Source: an uncultured Muribaculaceae bacterium (GTDB lineage Bacteria > Bacteroidota > Bacteroidia > Bacteroidales > Muribaculaceae). From it: a stretch of DNA of 64,000 bases. Positions 48,235 to 57,933 of this stretch are shown piece after piece. A program made the position numbers and the translations under genes. Where the stretch lies: assembly GCA_902494515.1 (NCBI GenBank), contig CABUTS010000002.1:9912-73911 (forward strand). Reading direction: 5' to 3'. Within the stretch, counting starts at the first letter, position 1; the number at the start of each line of letters is the position of its first letter. The notes below the pieces were generated by a model that saw nothing but the letters and a program-made list of their open reading frames with translations, was not told the DNA's origin and did not search any database.

Positions 48235-48240
48235 TTGAAG

Positions 48241-48630
48241 ATGAATGAGATAATTGCAGTATTTGTGGGAAGCGGACTCGGCGGCGTCTGCCGGTTTCTC
48301 ATGAGCAAGGCAGTGCAGGGGCATCTGGCTGCCTCTACGCTGTTCCCCTGGGGAACCTTCGCCGTCAATGTCCTCGGCTGCCTGCTTATCGGTCTGATTT
48401 ACGGTATTTTCGACCGTCATGCGGGCACAGGATTCCTCACGCCGCAGCTTCGACTGCTACTGACTGTCGGCTTCTGCGGCGGGTTCACGACATTTTCCAC
48501 CTTTATAAATGAGAACTACCTGCTGTTTCAGTCCTCGAACCTTCCGGTACTGCTGGGCTATGTCGCCGCGAGCGTCGTCGTCGGTTTCCTGCTCCTTTAC
48601 GCCGGCTATGCGCTGAGCAATATTTTTTAG
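48241..48630 (+). CDS. crcB: fluoride efflux channel Fluc/CrcB
   Basis: GSGLGGVCR, FPWGTFAVN, GFCGGFTTFSTF. Confidence 0.95.
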   Translation: MNEIIAVFVGSGLGGVCRFLMSKAVQGHLAASTLFPWGTFAVNVLGCLLIGLIYGIFDRHAGTGFLTPQLRLLLTVGFCGGFTTFSTFINENYLLFQSSNLPVLLGYVAASVVVGFLLLYAGYALSNIF

Positions 48631-48688
48631 TCCGCGCCTCGTAGTCCGCGCCTTGTCGTCCGCACTTGTTTAACCCGCGCCTGAACTC

Positions 48689-49516
48689 TCACTGCAACAG
48701 GTTGAGCCAATAGGTAGGCGCGACGCTGAGGTTGCGGGAAGGCTGCCCCTGAAAACGCACCGAGGCGACAAGCACGGAACCGTCCTCGCTTTCAGGGTAA
48801 TAGACCAGCGAGCTGAGTTCTGCCGTGGAGTCGCGGAATTCATAGTGGATGGTTGAGGCGGTACCCTCCACGAAGCGGCGACCGTAGAGGATTGTAGTCG
48901 GCGCCCGGCGGAGCTGACGGCGCCCTTTGTAATAGCAGAGCCGGTAGGCCGCGGAGCCGTCGGCGACCGTATCGGTCAGCGAACGGTCGATGCGGAATAT
49001 CCCCTCGTCGCCGGGGAGCGCGGCGAAACAGGCCTCCGGCGTGTAGCCGCGTCGCAGCGCCGGAGCAAGCGACGCCATTTCCGCCTCGACAAGGTGGTTG
49101 CGCAGCTCTTTCTCCCTGGCCGACAGATAGTTGACGGCATAGATGCCGTCGGAATACCAGAGGTATTCCCCGTTCCCGAGGGTAAAGCCGCGCCAGCCGA
49201 GTTCATGCCAGTCCGAGGGGGCGGCGGCGGTGAGGACGCTGCGCAGCGAATCGTCCATCAGGGTGCCGTAATAAGCCACCATCGCGGCGCTGTCAGCGAC
49301 ATCGGCCAGCGGATACGGGCGCTGAAGCGGATAAAGCACCTGCGAAGCAAACGCCCGGGCATCGCTGTCAGCCACCGCCTGAATCATTGCCGCGATCCCC
49401 TCGGGCAGCGAATCCCGGCCATCGGCGGCAGCTTCCGAGGCAGCCGATTTATGATTGCAGCCCGTGAGGCCGAAAGCCATCGCCCCAACGAGCAGGCATA
49501 ATTTACTGATTTGCAT
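48689..49516 (-). CDS. hypothetical lipoprotein
   Basis: Lipobox LTGC; long ORF; family not recognised. Confidence 0.65.
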   Translation of the reverse strand: MQISKLCLLVGAMAFGLTGCNHKSAASEAAADGRDSLPEGIAAMIQAVADSDARAFASQVLYPLQRPYPLADVADSAAMVAYYGTLMDDSLRSVLTAAAPSDWHELGWRGFTLGNGEYLWYSDGIYAVNYLSAREKELRNHLVEAEMASLAPALRRGYTPEACFAALPGDEGIFRIDRSLTDTVADGSAAYRLCYYKGRRQLRRAPTTILYGRRFVEGTASTIHYEFRDSTAELSSLVYYPESEDGSVLVASVRFQGQPSRNLSVAPTYWLNLLQ

Positions 49517-49694
49517 CGGATTAGAAAGAGTTTTTACCGGATAAAAGACCATAAAGACAAATTTTGGACCGAATTAAAGATGAATCATTTCTTTAATAAC
49601 GGAACCGAATCCCTTTAATTATTGGCCGTGTAAAATTTATTGGACGGGATTATTAGCCGGGGAGGGAAATTGCTTCAGGGGGGAATGACCGACA

Positions 49695-50267
49695 TCATGC
49701 CACCGGGAGAATCGGCGCCATGGAGTCTGCGGCCTCGATGAGCATCTCCTCCCGCAAGGCATTGAAGAGCAGGTCATACTCCTCCTGACGGCGCCGGCGG
49801 ATCGAAGGGATAGCTTTTCCGCGGTAACGGCAGTGGCTGAGATAAAGTTCATAGATGTCTCGGTCGCCGGCGGCCAGTTTTCTGACAATTTCCGACCGGG
49901 CCACGGCTCCCGGCCCGATATTATAGGCCAGCACCCCTAATAACAGGGAGTCCCGGCCGAAGGAACGGAAACGGGCGATGTTCTTGTCGAGGTCGCTGCG
50001 GAGCAGGCGGTCGCTCTCCTCCTCGCTCAGCGCCCTTGTCCGGGAGAATTTCTCCCCCGGAAGGATTTTGTGGCCGTAGCCCACGAAAGGCCAGTGGCGC
50101 GGCTGATGGATGGTTTCGTAGCGCTTGATCAGGCTGACCGCGGCTTCGTAAATCGAGTCGTTGCGGGTGCCGGGAGGCGCCTCTTCCGAGGTCTGCATCC
50201 CCGACAAACCGGCGTAGAGCAGGGCAATGACGAACGCCGCAGCCACCGCTTTCATCAGATGTTTCAT
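49695..50267 (-). CDS. lysozyme-like protein (GH24-like)
   Basis: IKRYE..VGYGH, LAYNIG, RRRRQEE pattern; N-terminal hydrophobic segment. Confidence 0.75.
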   Translation of the reverse strand: MKHLMKAVAAAFVIALLYAGLSGMQTSEEAPPGTRNDSIYEAAVSLIKRYETIHQPRHWPFVGYGHKILPGEKFSRTRALSEEESDRLLRSDLDKNIARFRSFGRDSLLLGVLAYNIGPGAVARSEIVRKLAAGDRDIYELYLSHCRYRGKAIPSIRRRRQEEYDLLFNALREEMLIEAADSMAPILPVA

Positions 50268-50488
50268 AATTTCAGGTAGTCCGTCAGTTTATTGCGGATT
50301 ACAGTCCTTTACATTATAAACTACGCGCCGCGGGGCTGATTTGTTCAGATTCAGACTTTTCTATGGGCAGATCCTGAGGGCCGGTTCACGCATGAACACA
50401 TACGCCAACAGCCCGGAGTCTGACGACGCCGAGCTGCTGGTCGGGGGAAGGCTCGAGGAGGAGGAGAGTTCCCGACAAATGGTCCGGA

Positions 50489-50956
50489 TTAATCCTGAGG
50501 CTCTACGGGGAGGGCGCGCGAGAATACCTCGCGGAACGAAACGATGGTTTCGGTGCGGAGGAGGCCCATCGGCTGGAGCTTGTCGTGGATCAGGTGCAGG
50601 AGGTGTTCGTTGTCGTGAGCGTAAATCTTCACGAGCATATCGTATGAACCGGTGGTGAAGTGCACTTCGGTGACCTCGGGCACAGTCTTGAGCTTATCGA
50701 TGATGTCGTCGAAGGAGGCTGCTTCCCTGAGGTAGATGCCGACGAAGGCACAGGTGTCGTAGCCCAGGGTGGTGGGTTTGATCAGCGCCCGGGAGCCTTC
50801 GAGGATGTTGGTGGTCTGGAGCTTTGCGATGCGCTGATGGATAGCGGCGCCGCTGACGCCACATTCGCGTGCAATTTCGAGGAACGGCTTGCGGCCGTTG
50901 TCGACGAGCATCTGCAGAATTTTGGTGTCCAGTTTGTCAATTTGTAATCGAGCCAT
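50489..50956 (-). CDS. Lrp/AsnC-family regulator
   Basis: IDKLDTKIL..FLEIARECGVSGAAIHQRI HTH, HFTTGSYD. Confidence 0.92.
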   Translation of the reverse strand: MARLQIDKLDTKILQMLVDNGRKPFLEIARECGVSGAAIHQRIAKLQTTNILEGSRALIKPTTLGYDTCAFVGIYLREAASFDDIIDKLKTVPEVTEVHFTTGSYDMLVKIYAHDNEHLLHLIHDKLQPMGLLRTETIVSFREVFSRALPVEPQD

Positions 50957-51183
50957 AACAAATTTCTTTTAAGAATAATATTGCGATAATGAAAATTTAG
51001 GGCCTATTTGTAGAAATATTTTTTATTCCGATTCAAATTTTCAACCCCATTACACCACAAAGTTATTAATAAAAATTTTAAATGCCAAATAATCCATAAA
51101 AAAAATTTCAAGCTACGCCTTTAAAATCCTTTGCATTTACAAATATTTTACTACTTTTGCAGTTGAATTATTCCAGTATATCT

Positions 51184-51750
51184 ATGGCAGTATCGTTTGA
51201 AAAAGTCACCGACAGCAAGAATATCCCTCTGATTATCAAAGAATTATATCACTCTGCGTTCCCCGCCGACGAGCGTCGCGACTGGGCCGACATCGCCCGC
51301 CGCATCGACGAAAGCGATTTGCAATTCAGTTTTTATGTTATTAAACATAAAGCTGAAATCGCAGGTTTCATTACACTTTGGAGCCTGCCGTCGGCTCTTT
51401 ATTGCGAACATTTAGCCATCCTTCCCGGGATGCGCGGCGCCGGAATCGGAGCGGAAGTTGTCGGCCTGCTCCGCACGCTCGCCTACTCGCGCAACCGCGA
51501 GGTCAGGCCCGTGGTCCTCGAAGTCGAGCTTCCGGGAGCAACCCCCGAAGCCGGGCGACGCATCGCCTTCTACGAACGCTGCGGAATGGTTGCCCGGCGC
51601 GATTTCAAATACATCCAGCCCCCCTATTCCCCGGAACTGTCGGCACTCCCGATGATGCTCATGACCTTCGGCATTGTCACCGACTGCGACCCCCTCGCCG
51701 CTGACCTCCACACAATTGTCTACAACCAACCCGAATACCGAAAGGCTTGA
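51184..51750 (+). CDS. GNAT-family acetyltransferase
   Basis: AFPADERR, EHLAI..RGAGIG, LEVE, RRIAFYER, YIQPPY. Confidence 0.85.
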   Translation: MAVSFEKVTDSKNIPLIIKELYHSAFPADERRDWADIARRIDESDLQFSFYVIKHKAEIAGFITLWSLPSALYCEHLAILPGMRGAGIGAEVVGLLRTLAYSRNREVRPVVLEVELPGATPEAGRRIAFYERCGMVARRDFKYIQPPYSPELSALPMMLMTFGIVTDCDPLAADLHTIVYNQPEYRKA

Positions 51751-51807
51751 AACAGTGCTATTTAGCACTCAATTCACCTTGAAATCCGGCGTTCATACAT
51801 CCTTGAA

Positions 51808-52683
51808 ATGAAAATCCTGTTTCCAAAATATTTCCTTACACTGCTCATGGCCGCCGGGCTGCTCCTCCCCTCCTGCGGAAAGAAGCCTGCGGAGCAGAAC
51901 TCCAGGCCGTCGGTGGTCGTCAGCATCCCGCCGCTGGAGTATTTCGCCCGCGAAATCGGCGGCGACGACGTCGAGGTCGAATGTCTTGCCCCCGGGGCCT
52001 CCGACCCTGAGACCTTCGAGCCGTCGATGACGCAGCTTCGCCGCGTTTCGGATGCCGACCTGTTCCTAACCGTCGGTCTCTTCCCCTTCGAAGAGAAAAC
52101 CGCCGATTTGATAAAAGGTGAAAATCCTGATTTGCAAATAGTTGCGCTAAAAGATTCCATCGACTTGATTATGGGTACACACGGCCACGACGAGGCCGAC
52201 CCGCACATCTGGGCCTCCTACCGCAACGGCCGCAGGATTGCCCGTGAGGTCGTCGCCGCGCTCGAAAAGCAGAAACCAGAGGCCGCACAGGCGTTCCGCC
52301 GGCGGTGGGCGCAGCTTGATGCCCGTCTCGATTCGCTGGACCGCGCCGCGGCAACCCGGCTGGCTCCCCTGGCGGGAAGTTCATTTCTGGTCTGGCACCC
52401 CTCGCTGAGCTATTTCGCCCGCGACTACGGGCTGCGGCAGATTGCCGTAGGCAGCGAGCAGAAGGAGCAGTCTGTCAACCAGTTACGCGAACGCATCGAA
52501 GCCGCGAAGGAATTCGACGCCCACGTTTTCTTCTACCAGAAAGAATTTGATTCGCGCCAGAGCGAGGTGATTTCATCCGAAACCGGGCTCACCCCCATTC
52601 TCCTCTCCCCTCTCGACCCGGACATCGAATCCACCCTCTCCCAGGCCGTCGGCGCCCTCACCGCCTCCTCAACGCCCAGATAG
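51808..52683 (+). CDS. metal (Zn/Mn) ABC substrate-binding lipoprotein
   Basis: Lipobox LPSC, PETFEP, HGHDEADPHIW, HPSLSYF. Confidence 0.9.
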   Translation: MKILFPKYFLTLLMAAGLLLPSCGKKPAEQNSRPSVVVSIPPLEYFAREIGGDDVEVECLAPGASDPETFEPSMTQLRRVSDADLFLTVGLFPFEEKTADLIKGENPDLQIVALKDSIDLIMGTHGHDEADPHIWASYRNGRRIAREVVAALEKQKPEAAQAFRRRWAQLDARLDSLDRAAATRLAPLAGSSFLVWHPSLSYFARDYGLRQIAVGSEQKEQSVNQLRERIEAAKEFDAHVFFYQKEFDSRQSEVISSETGLTPILLSPLDPDIESTLSQAVGALTASSTPR

Positions 52684-52731
52684 CCCCTGCTTCGGCCCCA
52701 GCCCGCCCTCTCCCCTCTTTAATTTGTTATC

Positions 52732-53475
52732 ATGTCCAAGTCCATTAATCCTCCGGTTACTGCGGCGCTTTCGGCGAAAGCGCAAAACTCCGAATCCGCC
52801 CCTCTGATTGCGCTCGAAGGGGTCTCCATGTCGTGGGATAACAAACTGATTCTTAATAACATAAACCTCGACATCCGCCGCAACGACTTCATCGCGGTCA
52901 CCGGCCCCAACGGCGGCGGCAAAACCACCCTGCTCCGCATCATCCTGAAGCTACTGGAGCCCACCTCCGGTAAGGTCAGATACTTCGGCGCCGACGGCCA
53001 GCCCTCCGACCGCCTCTCCATCGGCTATCTGCCGCAGAAAAACATGATCGACGCCAAATTTCCCGTGACCGTCAGCGAGGTCATCTCCTCCGGTCTGATC
53101 GGTAACAAGGAGCTGACCAAGGAACAACGCCGCGCCAAAGTTGCTGAGACACTGCGCCTTGTAGACCTCGTTAGCCACGCCGGCCACCCCATCGGCGAGC
53201 TGTCCGGCGGCCAGCTGCAGCGCACCCTTCTGGGCCGGGCGCTCATCTCCTCCCCCGAAATTCTGGTGCTCGACGAGCCGCTCAGCTACATCGACAAGCA
53301 CTTCGAGGAGAAGCTCTACAGCATCATGCGCGAACTCGCGGCCACGAAAACCATCATCCTCGTCTCCCATGAAATGAGCGTAATAGCAGGGATGGCCACG
53401 CGCCACCTCATTGTGGACCATAATATCCACGAGTGCGCGGGCCATCACCACTTCATCCCTTCGGACTGCGTGTAG
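52732..53475 (+). CDS. metal ABC transporter ATP-binding protein
   Basis: GPNGGGKT, LSGGQ, LDEP, His/Cys-rich tail. Confidence 0.92.
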   Translation: MSKSINPPVTAALSAKAQNSESAPLIALEGVSMSWDNKLILNNINLDIRRNDFIAVTGPNGGGKTTLLRIILKLLEPTSGKVRYFGADGQPSDRLSIGYLPQKNMIDAKFPVTVSEVISSGLIGNKELTKEQRRAKVAETLRLVDLVSHAGHPIGELSGGQLQRTLLGRALISSPEILVLDEPLSYIDKHFEEKLYSIMRELAATKTIILVSHEMSVIAGMATRHLIVDHNIHECAGHHHFIPSDCV

Positions 53476-53488
53476 GCTGACCTGAGGG

Positions 53489-54046
53489 CTATTTGTTCAG
53501 GGCTTTAGTGTAGGAAAGTCCTTCGCAGAGGGTCGACAAACCGTAAACAATCAATGCTATACCGCAGATCAGCACGATGTAATCCTGAGTGCGTCCGGCG
53601 CCGATAATCATCACCGTCAGGCCGCAGAGTACCAGCAGTACAGGCACGATGTAAAAGAAGCCGGGGACCTTCATCCCCGCGGGGAGTCCCATCAGACTCA
53701 GGATATGGAAACCGCCGAAGAGCATCATGCCGATGGCGATAATGTAGACGAACAGGCTGGCGGCCGAACCGGGGGCCAGCACCATCCACAGGCCTACAGC
53801 GAGGCAAACCAGAAGGTTCACAACCGACAGCACCGGCACATTTCCGCCGACAGCTTTGGCGCTGTTATAACTGAAATAGAAACTCAGGCCTGCGGCCACA
53901 ATCAGCAGGATACCGCACACCAGCACAAGCACGCTGAGCGCCGTGGATTTCAGGAAAAGCAGCGCTATGCCTACTATGAGCATCACAACCGACGACGGAA
54001 TCTGGCTTTTTCTGTTCATAACACTTGAATTATACGTTCTCATCAT
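53489..54046 (-). CDS. HdeD/DUF308-like membrane protein
   Basis: About 6 hydrophobic helices with repeated G-x-x-L patterns. Confidence 0.7.
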   Translation of the reverse strand: MMRTYNSSVMNRKSQIPSSVVMLIVGIALLFLKSTALSVLVLVCGILLIVAAGLSFYFSYNSAKAVGGNVPVLSVVNLLVCLAVGLWMVLAPGSAASLFVYIIAIGMMLFGGFHILSLMGLPAGMKVPGFFYIVPVLLVLCGLTVMIIGAGRTQDYIVLICGIALIVYGLSTLCEGLSYTKALNK

Positions 54047-54147
54047 AACAGTTGAATTTTACTTTCTTACCAAGAATAACATAAATTCACCCCGCAAAGT
54101 TTAATCACAAAGTTTAATCGAGGCCCTGCGTCGCCATGCAAATGTAT

Positions 54148-54186
54148 AAAAGACGGCCTGCAATACGGATTGCAGGCCGTCTTTTA
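54148..54186. terminator. intrinsic terminator downstream of the PPIase gene
   Basis: aaaagacggcctgcaat / attgcaggccgtctttt perfect stem. Confidence 0.85.
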
Positions 54187-54272
54187 TACATTAATATATA
54201 TCTGGCTAAAGATATTATCTCTGGCGGATTACCTTATTATATCTCAAACGGATTATTTCATTACATGGGGGA

Positions 54273-56198
54273 TTACTTCGCCTGCTTCAGGACTTTGTCG
54301 TTGACCTTGGCGGGATACTTGGCGGCGAGTTCCTTGAGCCACTGCTCAAGCAGGTAATCCTGGTAGTCGGAAATCACGGTGCCACGAACATCGGCGGCGT
54401 CCTGGGGCTGGTCAATAACCTGAGGCTGATAAGCCAGGTAGGCTATCCAGCGGCCGTTGGCGGCGGGTTTCGGGCCGTTGAAACCGAGGTAGTCGGTGAT
54501 GGCGTTCTCCCCCTTGGCAGCGAGCACGCGCTCTACCTTCACGTCGCGACCGAATTTCTTCTTCAGTACGGTGGCGAGCGAGTCAGAGGCTACAGCATTG
54601 GTGTTCAGATAGTTCTGAATCTCGTTGAGCACGGAGTCGGAGCTTGCGAAGATAATGCGCGACTTGAAACGGGGAGCGTCCCACTTGTATTTGTCGCGGT
54701 TGGACTGGAAGAACTTTTCGAGACCCTCCTTGTCATCCTTAGCCTTCGACCAGACATTGCGGTCCTGGATTTCGAACATCAGCATACCGTCGCGATATTC
54801 GTTCACAAGGTTGCGGTATGCGGGGTCGGTCTTCATCAGGTCGTCGCGCATCATCTCTACAACAGTCTGGTTTACAGCTTCTTCAACCGCGTTGTCGAGC
54901 TGGGTAACCTGCTGTTCGGGCTTGCCGGCAAATCCGTTGGGGAGCTGCCGGGCAACGACCTCGCCGAGGGTCAGTTTCTGTTTGCCGACACGGACTACAA
55001 CCACCTTGGAGACCTTGAACTGAGCGAGCAGCGCGGAGTCTGCGCCGTTCTTCATCTGGTCGTGGATTTTGCCCAGAGCCTTGGTGTCGACCTTGGCGCC
55101 GAACTGCTTGCGGAGCTGCTCCAGACGACGTTTGGCAGCAAGCTGGCCGCGGTCATCGCGGGAGATGACGTTCTTGATGTTTGCCTTCACGTTGTCGAAC
55201 GAGTCGAGGCCGCGGTGGTCAAGACGCTTGATGATATGGTAGCCGTAGGAGGTTGCGAAGGGGTGCGAAATCTCGCCGTTGGCCAGCGCGAAAGCAGTTT
55301 CCTCGAACTCGGGAACCATCTGGCCGACCCCGAACCAGGGGAGTTTGCCACCCTGGGCAGCGGAACCGGGGTCCTCGGAGTTGGCGGCGGCTACGGTCTC
55401 GAAGTCAGCGCCGCCGACTGTAACGAGCTGATACAGAGAGTCGATGTAAGCCTTCTGGAGCTGAGCCACAGAGTCTGTTTTGCCGCGGGTAAGACGCAGG
55501 ATATGTTCGGCGAGGACCTCACCGCGGGCCGGACGACGGGCGTTGACCTTAACGATATGGAAGCCCATCGGCGAGGAAATGACCCCGCTGTACTGACCTA
55601 CGGGAACTGTGTAGGCGGCATCCTCGAAGGCTGCGGGGAACCGGTTGGCCTGAATGAAGCCCATGCGGCCACCTCGGGCCGACGAGCCGCGGTCCTGAGA
55701 GTAACGGACTGCCAGCGAGTCGAAGGCCTCGCCGTTGTCGAGACATTGGTGCAGGGAGTCCATCAGGGCCTTCTTGCGGTCCATCGACATATCAGGCGAC
55801 TGGAAGAAAATCATAATGTGGCTGACGTCCACCTCCTCCTTCATGCGGTTGTACTGCGCCTGAAGGATGCTGTCCTCGACGGTCTGATCCTTAAGGTAGG
55901 GGGCCGAAAGGTCGTTGCGGTATGTTACAAATTCTTTCTGGAAGCTTTCCGACTTGTCGAGACCGAGGGCTTCGGCCTCGGCGACTTTCTGCCGGTAAGG
56001 GATGAACAGCTGCAGATACTCCTCGATGGCCTGAGGGGTGGACTGCTGCGCGTTGTTTTTGTGGTAAAGATACTCAAACTCGCTGAGTGTCACCGGCTTG
56101 CCCCCGACGGTCATCAGCACCGGGTCGTCAGCACCCTTTGCCGAAACAAGGGCAACAGAGCCGAGCAGCAGGGCCAGCGATAAAAGTCCTTTTTTCAT
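54273..56198 (-). CDS. exported peptidyl-prolyl isomerase (two parvulin domains, SurA-like)
   Basis: Signal peptide; SHIM..SQD..GG.MG..GFHIVK and EHIL..SEDPGS..GG.LPWF..GYHIIK. Confidence 0.9.
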   Translation of the reverse strand: MKKGLLSLALLLGSVALVSAKGADDPVLMTVGGKPVTLSEFEYLYHKNNAQQSTPQAIEEYLQLFIPYRQKVAEAEALGLDKSESFQKEFVTYRNDLSAPYLKDQTVEDSILQAQYNRMKEEVDVSHIMIFFQSPDMSMDRKKALMDSLHQCLDNGEAFDSLAVRYSQDRGSSARGGRMGFIQANRFPAAFEDAAYTVPVGQYSGVISSPMGFHIVKVNARRPARGEVLAEHILRLTRGKTDSVAQLQKAYIDSLYQLVTVGGADFETVAAANSEDPGSAAQGGKLPWFGVGQMVPEFEETAFALANGEISHPFATSYGYHIIKRLDHRGLDSFDNVKANIKNVISRDDRGQLAAKRRLEQLRKQFGAKVDTKALGKIHDQMKNGADSALLAQFKVSKVVVVRVGKQKLTLGEVVARQLPNGFAGKPEQQVTQLDNAVEEAVNQTVVEMMRDDLMKTDPAYRNLVNEYRDGMLMFEIQDRNVWSKAKDDKEGLEKFFQSNRDKYKWDAPRFKSRIIFASSDSVLNEIQNYLNTNAVASDSLATVLKKKFGRDVKVERVLAAKGENAITDYLGFNGPKPAANGRWIAYLAYQPQVIDQPQDAADVRGTVISDYQDYLLEQWLKELAAKYPAKVNDKVLKQAK

Positions 56199-56326
56199 TG
56201 TTTTTATCTGATAATTGATTTATATTCAATCTGATTTTTTGAACACACTTATCTCTTAAACGCTCCGGGTTCACATTTATTATAACAGAGCGGAATTATT
56301 CCGCAAAAAATTGCTAACTTTGCACC

Positions 56327-57751
56327 ATGTTATTCGAAGACTTTGACTTAAGCGACGACCTTCTCGACGCTCTCGACGCAATGCAGTTCCGGGAGTGCAC
56401 TCCGATTCAGGAGAAGGCCATCCCGGTGGTGCTCGACCGCCGCGACCTGATCGCCATCGCCCAGACCGGCACGGGCAAGACGGCGGCTTATCTGCTGCCG
56501 GTCATCGACCTTCTGGCCGAAGTGCCTGAGGCCGAGGGATATGTGAACTGTCTGATTATGGCGCCGACCCGCGAGTTAGCGCAGCAGATCGAGCGGCAGA
56601 TGGACGGCTTCGGCTACTACCTCCCCCTGTCGAGCATCGCCGTATACGGCGGCACCGACGGGGCGGAATTCGCCCGCCAGCAGCGCGGCATGCGTCAGGG
56701 TGCCGACGTGGTGATCGCCACTCCGGGGCGCCTCGAGGCACTCCTGCAGATGGGGGGCATCGACCTCTCGAAAGTGCGGCACTTCATCCTCGACGAAGCC
56801 GACCGAATGCTCGACATGGGCTTCTACGACGACATCATGTCCATAGCCAAACTCCTCCCCGAAGAGCGCCAGACACTCCTCTTCTCGGCCACCATGCCTC
56901 CGAAAATCCGCAAGCTCGCCCAGTCGATTCTCCGCGACCCCATAGAGGTGAAAATCGCCCCCTCGCGGCCCGTCGAGAAGATCAAGCAGTCTGCAATCTT
57001 CTGCTACGAAGACGACAAACAGCGCATCCTCACCGACATCCTGAAATCGCGTAAAGGCCAGCGAATCATCGTGTTCGCAGCCTCGAAGCACGGTGTCCGC
57101 GACCTGGCCCGCGACCTTCGCCGCGTCGGAATCAAAGCCGCCGAAATCCACTCCGACCTCGACCAGGCCCAGCGCGACGAAACCATCCGCGGCTTCCGCT
57201 CAGGCCGAATCGAAGTCATCGTGGCTACCGACCTGCTCGCCCGTGGCATCGACATCGACGAAGTTATGCTCGTGGTGAACTTCGACGTTCCCCGCGAACC
57301 GGAGGACTACGTGCACCGCGTAGGGCGCACCGCCCGCGCCAACGCCGACGGCGAGGCCATCACCCTTGTCGGGCCGCGCGACCGCCGCGCCTTCTCGCGC
57401 GTGGAATCCACCCTGAAAATCTCCATCCCGGCCGAAAACCGCCCCTCCTCCGCCCCCCGCTCCAACAAGCCCTCCCCCTCCAAGCCCTCCGGCTCCAAAA
57501 AAACCTCCTCTCAGCGAGGCAAAGCCCCTTCCTCTCATCGAGCTAAAAACTCCTCCGGATCCAAAGCCCCCGCCGGCTCCACCCAGGCCGCCGAATCTGA
57601 TTATTTGTCTCCGGCTCCGAGCTTCAGTTCGCCCTCCGGCTCCAAATCTTCCGGCTCCAATAAGCCCTCCGGCTCCCGTTCACGAAGCCGAAACCGCGGT
57701 CACCGCTCCGGACCCAAACCGGGCCCCACCCCATCCGATTCCAACAATTGA
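56327..57751 (+). CDS. DEAD-box RNA helicase (RhlE-like)
   Basis: [32 protein letters not shown]-rich tail. Confidence 0.95.
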   Translation: MLFEDFDLSDDLLDALDAMQFRECTPIQEKAIPVVLDRRDLIAIAQTGTGKTAAYLLPVIDLLAEVPEAEGYVNCLIMAPTRELAQQIERQMDGFGYYLPLSSIAVYGGTDGAEFARQQRGMRQGADVVIATPGRLEALLQMGGIDLSKVRHFILDEADRMLDMGFYDDIMSIAKLLPEERQTLLFSATMPPKIRKLAQSILRDPIEVKIAPSRPVEKIKQSAIFCYEDDKQRILTDILKSRKGQRIIVFAASKHGVRDLARDLRRVGIKAAEIHSDLDQAQRDETIRGFRSGRIEVIVATDLLARGIDIDEVMLVVNFDVPREPEDYVHRVGRTARANADGEAITLVGPRDRRAFSRVESTLKISIPAENRPSSAPRSNKPSPSKPSGSKKTSSQRGKAPSSHRAKNSSGSKAPAGSTQAAESDYLSPAPSFSSPSGSKSSGSNKPSGSRSRSRNRGHRSGPKPGPTPSDSNN

Positions 57752-57756
57752 CCATC

Positions 57757-57796
57757 CCAGCCGGCCCCGCCCCCGCGGAGGCCGGCTGTCTTTTTC
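57757..57796 (+). terminator. intrinsic terminator
   Basis: cagccggccccgc / gcggagccggctg stem followed by a T run. Confidence 0.75.
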
Positions 57797-57933
57797 TGAT
57801 ACCTAATTATGATTAGCCGCCGGGGAGAGCGGCGTCCAAGGGGGATATTAACCTTTACCTACTATCCGGTATTTTGCCTACAAAGGGCCGAAAAATTTTT
57901 GTTATTCGGACTGAATCCGCTAATTTTGCAGCG

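Noticed and set aside
48127..48240. TGGCAC repeats as sigma54 -24/-12 promoters, or as a CRISPR array
   Set aside because: The GG-N10-GC spacing is off by one, and there are no unique spacers or cas genes
48034..48240. N-terminal WHSK-repeat extension of CrcB, and antisense FECH/MALK-repeat ORFs
   Set aside because: These are translations of a 12-bp DNA repeat; the promoter box lies inside the extension and Fluc homology starts at 48241
57440..57751. Repetitive CCCTCC/GGCTCC DNA
   Set aside because: It encodes the ordinary low-complexity S/P/K tail of a DEAD-box helicase
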